This document shows, piece after piece, positions 15,492 to 22,871 of a stretch of 22,871 nucleotides of DNA. The DNA comes from a plasmid: the sequence record NZ_AP024191.1; one strand, given 5' to 3'. The notes under the pieces are model-generated. The model was not told the origin of the DNA, ran no database searches, and saw nothing but the letters and a program-made list of their open reading frames with translations. The first letter of the stretch is position 1. Each line of letters begins with the position of its first letter. The translations under genes and the position numbers were made by a program.

Positions 15492-16403
15492 TTAGGCGGC
15501 TCGATCGCCTTCAGGCGGCGTCCACCGCGCACGAACGAAGGACCGAAACTGCGCTAGGAGGTCCTCGTCCTTGGCATGCGCCCGGTGGGTGACAGTGAGG
15601 TTGGTGGTCCGTCCTCGAGCGAGCCCAGGCTGGGCCTTGAGGATGTCTTTCGGTGTTGTGAGTAGCTTCCCCGCGCTGGATACCACTGCTTGCTCGAGTT
15701 GGGCGTAGGTCAGGACACTCGTCTCGTAGTAGCGGCCGGCGGACATCAGCAGCGTTGATCGTGCCCAATTGTGAGGAACGAGAACAAGCGGCTTACCTCC
15801 GGCCACTGGCAACTGGAGGGGCTTGCGGGTCCACTCCCGGTCTTGCGGATCCCACACCTGGCGGTGAAAGGTCTCTATGCGGTGGCCAGCAGCGCGGAAC
15901 TGCGGATACCTATCCACCATCTCGGAAGTGAACTCGGCCAACGGCTCGAAGATGATCCGCGTCGTGATGTCCGAGGTGATGTCGCGGTCGATGCCTTCGA
16001 CAAACAGCGGGAGGTCCTCGATCTGCCGGAGGACCCCTACACGGAGCAGCGCCTCCATATCTGTGTTCAGAGCGTTCCAGATCCAGGCACCGACGTCCTC
16101 GGCACCGCCGTGGCCACTGAAGCTGTTGGTTGCGAGGCCAAGTCGTGTTTCCCACGGTTCGACGAAACGTTGCAACAGCTCGAGGCCACGACGATGGTCA
16201 GACGGCCTGCTCGAAAGAGCGCAGCGGGTGATCTCGCGGAAGAACGTCTCGGTGCAGTCGTTCGCCAGAGTCGCGAACGGCTCGGGGGCCTGGTGAAGGC
16301 GGATGGCGTGGGGGTCGACGAACATCCGATTGTCGACATCGATATCGACGTCGAGGAACGGGACAGGACCGGGGATGCCGTAATAGTCAGTGATGGGAGC
16401 CAT
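15492..16403 (-). CDS. Hypothetical acidic protein, 303 aa
   Basis: Ordinary composition and no overlapping alternative. No family recognised. Confidence 0.5.
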   Translation of the reverse strand: MAPITDYYGIPGPVPFLDVDIDVDNRMFVDPHAIRLHQAPEPFATLANDCTETFFREITRCALSSRPSDHRRGLELLQRFVEPWETRLGLATNSFSGHGGAEDVGAWIWNALNTDMEALLRVGVLRQIEDLPLFVEGIDRDITSDITTRIIFEPLAEFTSEMVDRYPQFRAAGHRIETFHRQVWDPQDREWTRKPLQLPVAGGKPLVLVPHNWARSTLLMSAGRYYETSVLTYAQLEQAVVSSAGKLLTTPKDILKAQPGLARGRTTNLTVTHRAHAKDEDLLAQFRSFVRARWTPPEGDRAA

Positions 16404-16519
16404 GAGCTCCTCCTTTCAAAAGTCTTGGCCTGAAAGAGAAGAGAGCGGTTGCGCCCTAGCTGACTCCGCTACGCTGTAGACGACTCGTCCAAAGTCATCA
16501 CGGCGCTTCAGGCCGGGAT

Positions 16520-16548
16520 GATCTGTTTCGCTCAACCCGAAACAGATC
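16520..16548. terminator. Hairpin GATCTGTTTC-(loop)-GAAACAGATC followed by AGAATTTTG on the plus strand
   Basis: 10-bp perfect stem plus a T-run, seen in sequence. Confidence 0.4.
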
Positions 16549-16559
16549 AGAATTTTGAG

Positions 16560-16597
16560 CATGTCCGGGCGGCATCCTTAGATGCCGCCCGGACATG
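16560..16597. terminator. Strong hairpin CATGTCCGGGCGGCATC-CTTA-GATGCCGCCCGGACATG (17-bp perfect stem), directly 3' of the 51-aa minus-strand gene
   Basis: Seen in sequence. It separates the end of the sigma/XRE/ImmA operon from the 303-aa gene's upstream region. Confidence 0.55.
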
Positions 16598-16598
16598 A

Positions 16599-16754
16599 TT
16601 ACTTCTCGTTGCGGACGCCCTTGTGCTGGTTAGGGCTTCCGTTGAGGATGCGGCCGGTTGCAGTGTCGCGCTTGAACCAGGTCGTGCCGACCTTGAACTC
16701 GCTGCGGCCCTTGACTGCTCCAACCCGATGCCCTCGTCCGGTGTTCTTCGCCAT
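16599..16754 (-). CDS. Small basic protein, 51 aa, with a strong SD (AGGAGA)
   Basis: Hand translation MAKNTGRGHRVGAVKGRSEFKVGTTWFKRDTATGRILNGSPNQHKGVRNEK*. Below the track's length cutoff. The hairpin follows it immediately. Confidence 0.5.
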   Translation of the reverse strand: MAKNTGRGHRVGAVKGRSEFKVGTTWFKRDTATGRILNGSPNQHKGVRNEK

Positions 16755-16871
16755 GGTGGTTTATCTCCTTCGACTGGCACCTGTTCCTGATCGATCGGCG
16801 ATCGACCCAGGCGGGCTCTCACTACGTAGTCGAGGCAGCGGACAAAAGAGTTAGGTACCGGGACAGTCCCG

Positions 16872-17891
16872 TCAGCCGCGGCACTCCTCGCATAGTCCGG
16901 CCATGAGGAGATGTGGTTGGAAACGTAGATAGCAACCGTTGCAGGTTTGCTCCCGCAATGCGGCTCGCTCACAACGACAGTGCTTGCACTGTGGGCAGAA
17001 CGGTTGCTCACATGTAGGACAGGGATATCCGCGTGCGATCTGGGACTTGCCGCAGCAGTAGATTTCGGTCGCGGGTCGTTCATCGAACTCCCGGGGAGGA
17101 TCGACGTGGAGGCGCTCTGCGTTCCACAAGTCGATGTCGGAGAACACCGCCATGACACGTTTGCCACCGTCATGGACGGCGTCTACGTAGAACTCCGCCG
17201 GCGCATCCCAGCGGTTCCTCCAGATGACCCTCTTCGTAACCGACCCACCGGGGGCAAGGTTCAACAGCGGATGACCGTCGGGTACCAGCTGATTGCGCCA
17301 CGGGAACACTGTGGGCCATCCTCGATCGAGGTCTGGCCTCACACTGGAGTGAGACACCCGAGCGGTGGTTTGATCGACGACCAGGACGGCACCGAGGCTC
17401 GGTAGTCGTTTCGCCAATGCAATCGCGCAGACTGGCCGGCTGGCATGGCTTACGTCGAACAGTTCAAGTACATGATGAGCCCGGATCGGCCCCTTACCGA
17501 TGACCGTATCGACGACACCATCAGGAAGCAGGAGACGCTGGGCGATGTGGTCGCAGACTGTCTCCAACAGGCGTGGTGGGTCGTCTTGATCTGCAATCCA
17601 GTCGTAGAGTTCCTCCGCCTGCTCGACGAGCCAATGCCCCAGCTCGTGTCCCAATGTGAAGTTTTCTCGTCGGCTGTGGGGGGTAGGGGCGTAGAGGATG
17701 ACTCCATCTTGAAGGAAGGAGATTCCGTCACAAGCGCCGCCGTCGTTGCGGTTCTCGGCCAAATGCTCGACGCACTCAACCTCGATTCCAAGCTCGGTGC
17801 GAAGAGTTTGGATCGGGCTCAACGTGAAGTTCTCACGCGCCATCTGGGGCAAGATCTTCAAAGCTGTGTCAACGCACCAGCCGAGGTCCAC
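16872..17891 (-). CDS. ImmA/IrrE-family Zn-metallopeptidase with a C-terminal Cys-rich (multi-CxxC) domain
   Basis: RRENFTLGHELGHWL has the HEXXH motif in the ImmA/IrrE context. The C-terminus is CCGKSQIARGYPCPTCEQPFCPQCKHCRCERAALREQTCNGCY...CEECRG. The start GTG sits 1 nt after the XRE gene's TAA. Confidence 0.75.
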   Translation of the reverse strand: MDLGWCVDTALKILPQMARENFTLSPIQTLRTELGIEVECVEHLAENRNDGGACDGISFLQDGVILYAPTPHSRRENFTLGHELGHWLVEQAEELYDWIADQDDPPRLLETVCDHIAQRLLLPDGVVDTVIGKGPIRAHHVLELFDVSHASRPVCAIALAKRLPSLGAVLVVDQTTARVSHSSVRPDLDRGWPTVFPWRNQLVPDGHPLLNLAPGGSVTKRVIWRNRWDAPAEFYVDAVHDGGKRVMAVFSDIDLWNAERLHVDPPREFDERPATEIYCCGKSQIARGYPCPTCEQPFCPQCKHCRCERAALREQTCNGCYLRFQPHLLMAGLCEECRG

Positions 17892-18554
17892 TTATGGTCC
17901 CTTCGTTCTTTCCACAGTTTCTACCAGCGCTTCGAGTGACCGCAGCATCTGGCTTGAGTCGGGGTGATCTCCGCGATGCGCAGTCGCCAGCAGTCGTGAT
18001 TCCAGAGCCGAAGCAGCCAATTCCCGTGACATGTCTTGGATTCGCGCCCATCGGTCCACGAGCTTTTGGAAGCCCGGAGTCTTCCTTACGCTGGCAAGAG
18101 CCTCGTCCTCAGTGCGTACAGCTGTGCTTGTGGTCAGGAGCTCGGCGACGGTTCTGGTTTCCTCTGCGATTGCTGCGATTAGTGCGGGTGGCACGTTTGA
18201 TGTCGAACGATTCTCCCACCGGAATACTTCTCCGGCCTGTACTTCCCACCCCCGCGCTGTCAGTCGTTCCGCTAGCTGGCTCGCAGATAGACCGGCATTT
18301 TTGCGGGCCCGCTTCAATGCGTTGCTGTCAAGCGCGCGCTCAGGATCAGGGACAAGGCCGAGCATCGCTGCCACGGGGTCGGATGACAGAGGCGGAGCAC
18401 CTTGTGCCTTCTCTCGGAGAAGGTCTGCTATGTCGGTTAGGGCTGTTATGTACTCCCCTTCGTCGGCTGCTTCGATCTGGAGTGGATCCATCGCTTGGCC
18501 TGCTCGAATCTCATGCAGGGAGGCGAGCAGCTCTTCCCGTTCCTTCTCCTTCAT
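17892..18554 (-). CDS. XRE-family HTH protein (220 aa), partner of the ImmA-like peptidase
   Basis: LKRARKNAGLSASQLAERLTARGWEVQAGEVFRWEN is an HTH. Its ATG overlaps the sigma gene's TGA (ATGA). Confidence 0.7.
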   Translation of the reverse strand: MKEKEREELLASLHEIRAGQAMDPLQIEAADEGEYITALTDIADLLREKAQGAPPLSSDPVAAMLGLVPDPERALDSNALKRARKNAGLSASQLAERLTARGWEVQAGEVFRWENRSTSNVPPALIAAIAEETRTVAELLTTSTAVRTEDEALASVRKTPGFQKLVDRWARIQDMSRELAASALESRLLATAHRGDHPDSSQMLRSLEALVETVERTKGP

Positions 18555-19084
18555 CCTTTTACCTCCTCCCAGCCCATCGCTTCTCGTAACTTGGCAAGAG
18601 CTTCAAGCTTCATCTGGCTGACTCGTCCCGGTGTAACGCCGAGTTCGGCAGCTACTTCATTTCGTGGTCGCTCAAGCGCGACGAACTCCCACGCAACCTT
18701 TCGGTGTCGCTCGTCCAAGGAAGGCAGGGCCTCGTTGATGCGCTTCGCTAACTGTTGGCGCTCGAGTGCGGACGCAACCTCGTCGGACAGGTCGGTGGAG
18801 TCTGCGTAGTCGTGTTCTTCGGATAGCTCAGGGCCGGAATTTTTAACGGCCGCAGACTTGAGGTGATCCAACGCCTTCCGCTGGACGACCCGTATTAAGA
18901 AGGCTTCCCAGTTCTGCACCGTACTTTTAGGCGGGGAGGACATGATGGACACGATCGCGTCTTGGACAACGTCGTTTGCGTGTCCTTCTCGCCCATAGCC
19001 ACGAAGCTTTGACGCTGCGACACGATGCAGGGCGTCACGGTGCTTCGCGTAGAGAGCAGCGAGGTCGGGCGGTCTTTCTGTCAT
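18551..19084 (-). CDS. ECF-type sigma-70 family sigma factor (177 aa from ATG 19084; track ORF extends to 19276)
   Basis: Region-2-like LYAKHRDALHRVAASKLRGYGREGHANDVVQDAIVSIM. Region-4-like LPSLDERHRKVAWEFVALERPRNEVAAELGVTPGRVSQMKLEALAKLREAM. Confidence 0.75.
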   Translation of the reverse strand: MTERPPDLAALYAKHRDALHRVAASKLRGYGREGHANDVVQDAIVSIMSSPPKSTVQNWEAFLIRVVQRKALDHLKSAAVKNSGPELSEEHDYADSTDLSDEVASALERQQLAKRINEALPSLDERHRKVAWEFVALERPRNEVAAELGVTPGRVSQMKLEALAKLREAMGWEEVKG

Positions 19085-19357
19085 CCCCACTACCGCCTCA
19101 TGCCACTCGCTGTTGAGCGCATCAGTGACGCTCCTCCCCGTACCTTGGCCAACATCATCACCCCTGCAACCGTGTCCTGATCCGTAGTCGAGATAGCAGT
19201 CATCAGAGTTAGCACCAACCCCCGGTCTCTCCGGGCAGTCTGTCTTGCCCTGAAAACAACCCCTTCCGGGCGCCACTGATCTCGCCGGGTCGGTGCTCGA
19301 CCTCGTGCTGGCTGGTATCGAAAACCGGTCTCCACATCATCTGGCATCGATCGTTTG

Positions 19358-20320
19358 TCAGGTGTGTTTGGTGCACAACAGATTCGGAGTGGTGCACCAA
19401 CCCTGGTCTTCGAGCCAGCGGTGGACCGCGGAGGGTAGGCCGCTTGTGGGTACGGCGCCGATGACCAGTGGCCCTTCGCCGCAGAGACCGCAACTGATCG
19501 CTATGACCTGCTGGTGGGGTTGGCATCGGACGCAACGCCGATGCTCGCGGACCTGGCCGTCGGAGTCGACGTGCAACCAGACCATGTCGAGGTCGTCGAG
19601 GTGCGGGCCCGCCTCCTGTCGTGTCGACGGCCGGTAACCGCAGGTCGGGCACGTCAATCGGTCCTCACCCGGACCAGGAGTGGAAACGGCTGCCGGGACA
19701 GCACTGTCGGCCTCGATCGGGGCCGCGGGTGAGACGGTCATCAACTCTGTCGGCCTCGGTGGCAGGTGCCGGTAGAGGGTGGAGCGGGTCAGTCCGGTCT
19801 TGGCGACGATCTCGGAGACGGTGGCGCCAGTGTCTCGTAGTTGGATGGCGTGGGCGATCTGGGATTCGGTGACCACCGACGGGCGGCCGGTGCGCCGGCC
19901 CTTCGCGGTCGCGACCTGGCGGGCGTGGGCGGCGCGTTCGAGGGTGTAGGTGCGTTCCATCTGTGCGAACAGTGCGAGTAGTACGACGGCCAGCTGTGCC
20001 ATCGGGTCGTCCGGGTTCGAGGAGTCGATGCGGATCGGATCTGCCAGGTTCCGCACTCCGATGCCACGCTCGCGTAGGTCGTGGATCAGGTTCAGGGTGT
20101 CGCGCACGTTCCGGCCGAGCCGGTCGAGGGTGTGCGTGACGATGACGTCGCCGTCGCGGGCGTACTCGAGCAGTGCGGTCAGTCCGGGGCGGTCGGTGGT
20201 GGCCCCGGACTTCTTGTCGACGTAGATGTTTGCCGGGTCGATCCCGGCCGTGGTGAGGGCGTCGATCTGCCGGTCGAGGTCCTGTTTGGTCGTCGACACC
20301 CGCGCGTATCCCAGCTCCAC
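19358..20320 (-). CDS. Serine recombinase (resolvase/invertase family) with a roughly 120-aa Cys-rich C-terminal extension. An alternative GTG start is at 20365.
   Basis: GYARVSTTKQDLDRQ has the catalytic Ser context. DVIVTHTLDRLGRN follows. HTH: TVSEIVAKTGLTRSTLYRHL. Tail: CPTCG...CVRCQ...CGLCG. Confidence 0.8.
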   Translation of the reverse strand: MELGYARVSTTKQDLDRQIDALTTAGIDPANIYVDKKSGATTDRPGLTALLEYARDGDVIVTHTLDRLGRNVRDTLNLIHDLRERGIGVRNLADPIRIDSSNPDDPMAQLAVVLLALFAQMERTYTLERAAHARQVATAKGRRTGRPSVVTESQIAHAIQLRDTGATVSEIVAKTGLTRSTLYRHLPPRPTELMTVSPAAPIEADSAVPAAVSTPGPGEDRLTCPTCGYRPSTRQEAGPHLDDLDMVWLHVDSDGQVREHRRCVRCQPHQQVIAISCGLCGEGPLVIGAVPTSGLPSAVHRWLEDQGWCTTPNLLCTKHT

Positions 20321-20365
20321 GCCGGGAGCGTATCGAAAGTTGCCCCCGTAGCAAGGTTTCGACAC

Positions 20366-20470
20366 GACGTTTCGGAATTAACTTGTGAGACGTTGCGAGC
20401 TGGGGTGATCCGGTCTGGCGTCTGCCGGACCAGGACCGTCCCACTACCAAGGAAATGAGACGGCTCTCGC
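20366..20470. promoter_or_regulatory. Region upstream of the resolvase gene; a res site is only the default expectation from position
   Basis: Position only. Contains GTTTCGACACGACGTTTCGG and imperfect ACGTTTC...GAGACGT symmetry. No confident subsite assignment. Confidence 0.2.
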
Positions 20471-21478
20471 TCAATCAGTTCGGATCGGCATGACCACGCA
20501 GTCTTCAATAACTACATCCGGCGTTTGGTCGTCCGGCAGTTCGAGTCGGGGCGAGTTGGTGACGCCGAAAGGAACATGCACGCATGGGGCCACCGTGGTT
20601 GCGGGGGCAAGATGCTTGGTTTGGTCATCGAAGAAGATGTGCGGTTTGAGGATTTCGAGGACTTTCGTTTTGGACACTCCACCGAGGAAGAAGGCATCGT
20701 TTACGGTCACGCCCCAGCTCTTGAGGCTTCGGACGGCCCGCTCATGGGATGGAGCATTTCGTGCGGTGACGATCGCGACGTGAACTCGAATCCGGTAGCT
20801 CTTGTCGGCCAAGCGGCGCTTCTCTTCAACCTTCTGGATGCGGTTGACGGCTGCGAGTAGGTCGCGCAGAGGGCCTGGTCTCAGGGGCTCAAGAACCTTC
20901 TTCACCTCGTGGCTGTGGAAGTCATCCAAACCGCTTTGCTGCATCACACGTTCGGACTCGTCAGACGCAAGCACCCCATCGAAGTCGAAGGCAATTCGCA
21001 GATCGGCGCTGTCATCCGTGTCTTCCACTGCGTTGCCGAGGACAAGTCCGGCCGGATGGCCCGCCGCGACGGCTTGCCGGACGTCCTTGTCGTTTCCCGA
21101 AAGAAACAAAGACATGTTGAACGCTGGCATGAACTTGTGTGGAGAGCGGCCCTGGCGGAAGACAGCTCGCGTGATGGGAAGGCCGTGATACTGGATTGAG
21201 CGCATCACGCGCAGACCGGTGTCAGGGTCGTTGCGAGACAGAACAATGACCTCAACCAAGGGAGAACCTATGTCTTCCGTGAGGTCGTTGAGTGACAACA
21301 ACCGCTTGATGAAGGCGAAGGCCACACCCGGACGAAGCGGGTCATCAAGATGATCCTCCTGGAACCTTCGATACCCTTCTTCCCCCTCAGCGTTGAACAC
21401 GTCATCGGACTCCGCCAGGTCGAATAGTGCGCTCGATGCAACACCGATGACTAACTGATCGTCCAGACTGACTGCCAT
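20471..21478 (-). CDS. 5'-nucleotidase-family (PF06189-like, HAD-superfamily) protein
   Basis: The N-terminal LVIGVASSALFDL, VEVIVLSRNDPDTGLRVMRSI and GLPITRAVFRQGRSPHKFMPAFNMSLFLS blocks match my recollection of the bacterial 5'-nucleotidase family (LVIAISSRALFDL...VEVILLSRNS.DTGLR...GL.ITRAAF.GG..P..YL.AF...LFLS). Confidence 0.6.
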   Translation of the reverse strand: MAVSLDDQLVIGVASSALFDLAESDDVFNAEGEEGYRRFQEDHLDDPLRPGVAFAFIKRLLSLNDLTEDIGSPLVEVIVLSRNDPDTGLRVMRSIQYHGLPITRAVFRQGRSPHKFMPAFNMSLFLSGNDKDVRQAVAAGHPAGLVLGNAVEDTDDSADLRIAFDFDGVLASDESERVMQQSGLDDFHSHEVKKVLEPLRPGPLRDLLAAVNRIQKVEEKRRLADKSYRIRVHVAIVTARNAPSHERAVRSLKSWGVTVNDAFFLGGVSKTKVLEILKPHIFFDDQTKHLAPATTVAPCVHVPFGVTNSPRLELPDDQTPDVVIEDCVVMPIRTD

Positions 21479-21500
21479 ACCTCATCCCCCTGTCTCCGAT

Positions 21501-21546
21501 GTCATCCATGCCGGGGAGTGGAGAAGGTTCATCCGGCTGGATGACT
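21501..21546. terminator. Imperfect hairpin (GTCATCCAtGCCGG ... CCGGCtGGATGAC) between the restriction-gene stop and the nucleotidase start. The nucleotidase SD GGAGACAGGGGG follows.
   Basis: Seen in sequence. 13-bp stem with one mismatch. Confidence 0.4.
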
Positions 21547-21568
21547 CCGCAGTAGGTGCTGATTGCTC

Positions 21569-22871
21569 CTACAGGCTTTCGACGACCTTCATCGTCTCGA
21601 CCGCCACTGTCGTCACCCGACGGATCAGGTCCACGATGTAGGTGGGGTCGTCGTGCTCGTCGCACCAGTCGTTGGGGTCGTTGACGATCCCGGATGCCTT
21701 GTCGGTCTTGACCTGGTAGCGGTCGATGATCCACGCCAACGCTGACCGGGAACCGAGCATGTACCGTTCGGCAGCTTCCGGGATACCGGTGATGGTGACC
21801 TTCGGGTTGTAGACGATGGTGGTGCGGTCGTCGACGTTCTTGCCGGTGTCTGGGTCCTTCTGCTTGCCCCACTTGAGCTTCGACACCCGCCACGTCTCAC
21901 GATCCTCGGCGGACGCCCCCTTCGCGATCTGCACGTCCAGCTCGTACGGCTGCACGGTTTCGTAGCTCACGTGCAGATCTGCGAGGCGGCGGCCGGCGTC
22001 GGCAAGCTGTTCGAAGCGTTCGCGCGATGCTGGGGCGGGGATGTGCGGGAGCATCTTCTTCAGGTCCGCCGCGTACGTCTCCCTATATGCGGGGTCGTGG
22101 AGCAGCCCGTACACGTAGTAGAAGATGTCGTCCTTGGTGACCTGGGCGCCCACGGTGTAGCGGTAGAGGTCGAGGATGCCATCGGTGATGTTGTCGACCG
22201 GTCGGTAGCCGTACTCGTCGACTTCGGCCGTCTCCGCAGTTACGAAGTCTAGCTCACCATCAGCGGATTCGGCCTTGGCGTATGTCCAGCGGGTGAAGAA
22301 CTGGCCACTGCCGGATCCCCAGAAGGATAGGTCGGGGATCGCGTCGGTCAACAGGGCGGAGAACGGCTTGTCAGATCCGGTACCGACCACGTAGAAGCCG
22401 ATGTTCTTGTGGTGCGGGGTCGGGAACATCGACGGGAGCTGTGACCGCTCATGGTTGAGGTGCTTGTCGAAGTAGGTGTGCTGCTTACTGAACGGCCTGT
22501 AGAGGCCGACGACGTGTCCCGCCGACCGGGGTGAGATCTCTGCTCGGCGGGCGAGGTGGGCGCGCAGGCTTCGAGACCATTTGATGTAGTCCGCTTGTGC
22601 GGCCTGGGGGTTCGCGGTGAGGTAGGCGGTGACGGCGGCTTCGTTCGGTCGGGTGATCCCGGTGTCGCGGCAGTATTGAGCGAACGGGGTGTGCTGGTCG
22701 TTGTAGTTGCCGATGAGACGTTGCACATTCGCGGTCAGGTCTGCGCGCGAGTAGTTGTACACCCACGTGTCACGGTTCGTTTGCAGCCCCGCGGAGAAGG
22801 TAGAGAAGACGGTGACCTGCCCAGGCGTGAGGCTTTTCTCCCCGATGGCAGGCCATGCCAGGTATTCGTCG
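21569..22871 (-). CDS. C-terminal ~434 aa of a large helicase-methylase-type restriction enzyme (Type ISP C-terminal/specificity-like region). Open upstream past the right window edge. Probably the 3' part of the gene at 1..3671 if the molecule is circular.
   Basis: The track ORF 21569..22762 begins with GTG, but the same frame has no stop up to 22871 (hand translation ...DEYLAWPAIGEKSLTPGQVTVFSTFSAGLQTNRDTW-VYNYSR...). The C-terminal block YMLGSRSALAWIIDRYQVKTDKASGIVNDPNDW is, from memory, typical of the C-termini of helicase-MTase restriction fusions. Confidence 0.7.
   Translation of the reverse strand, partial: DEYLAWPAIGEKSLTPGQVTVFSTFSAGLQTNRDTWVYNYSRADLTANVQRLIGNYNDQHTPFAQYCRDTGITRPNEAAVTAYLTANPQAAQADYIKWSRSLRAHLARRAEISPRSAGHVVGLYRPFSKQHTYFDKHLNHERSQLPSMFPTPHHKNIGFYVVGTGSDKPFSALLTDAIPDLSFWGSGSGQFFTRWTYAKAESADGELDFVTAETAEVDEYGYRPVDNITDGILDLYRYTVGAQVTKDDIFYYVYGLLHDPAYRETYAADLKKMLPHIPAPASRERFEQLADAGRRLADLHVSYETVQPYELDVQIAKGASAEDRETWRVSKLKWGKQKDPDTGKNVDDRTTIVYNPKVTITGIPEAAERYMLGSRSALAWIIDRYQVKTDKASGIVNDPNDWCDEHDDPTYIVDLIRRVTTVAVETMKVVESL

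Noticed and set aside
19368-19400. 9-bp inverted repeat TTGGTGCAC...GTGCACCAA
   Set aside because: It lies inside the resolvase C-terminal coding region and arises from repeated Cys-Thr codons (WCTT...LCTK). Probably coincidental.
19665-20474. 269-aa minus-strand R/P-rich ORF and the small plus-strand ORFs over the resolvase gene
   Set aside because: Alternative frames or antisense of the resolvase gene, which has unambiguous catalytic motifs.

Overview
The sequence is visibly high-GC and actinobacterial-like. It reads as a small plasmid backbone carrying a dense accessory load. There are no rRNA, tRNA or CRISPR features. Four groups of genes stand out. First, there is a plasmid core: a repA/repB pair (primase-type Rep plus a small HTH protein joined by an ATGA overlap), with a repeat-rich putative origin upstream of repA and a parA / ribbon-helix-helix operon bracketed by AGCTGTA-type palindromes. 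Second, there are three toxin-antitoxin modules: Fic/VbhA, Phd/YefM-RelE/ParE, and a weaker XRE + HicB-like pair. Third, one very large minus-strand gene encodes a single-polypeptide Type ISP-like restriction-modification enzyme, with Mrr-like PD-(D/E)xK nuclease, SF2 DEAH helicase motifs I, Ia, II, III and VI, and a gamma-class N6-adenine methyltransferase (FxGxG and NPPY). This gene is absent from the six-frame track because it runs off the left edge. Its apparent C-terminal part sits at the right edge on the same strand, and joining the two ends keeps the reading frame, so the window may be one complete circular replicon linearised inside this gene. Fourth, a minus-strand block carries an ECF sigma factor, an XRE HTH protein, an ImmA/IrrE Zn-peptidase with a Cys-rich tail, a 51-aa basic protein, a serine resolvase with a Cys-rich C-terminal extension, and a PF06189-type 5'-nucleotidase directly downstream of the restriction gene. 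Other features worth noting: a CoiA-like nuclease gene divergent from the restriction gene, a plus-strand operon of four hypothetical genes (one of 501 aa), a 9-bp tandem repeat next to a 20-bp GC palindrome, a long-range 16-bp inverted repeat, and a coding-like open frame right behind the repB stop codon. Families were assigned by reading translated motifs by eye. No database search or computation was run.
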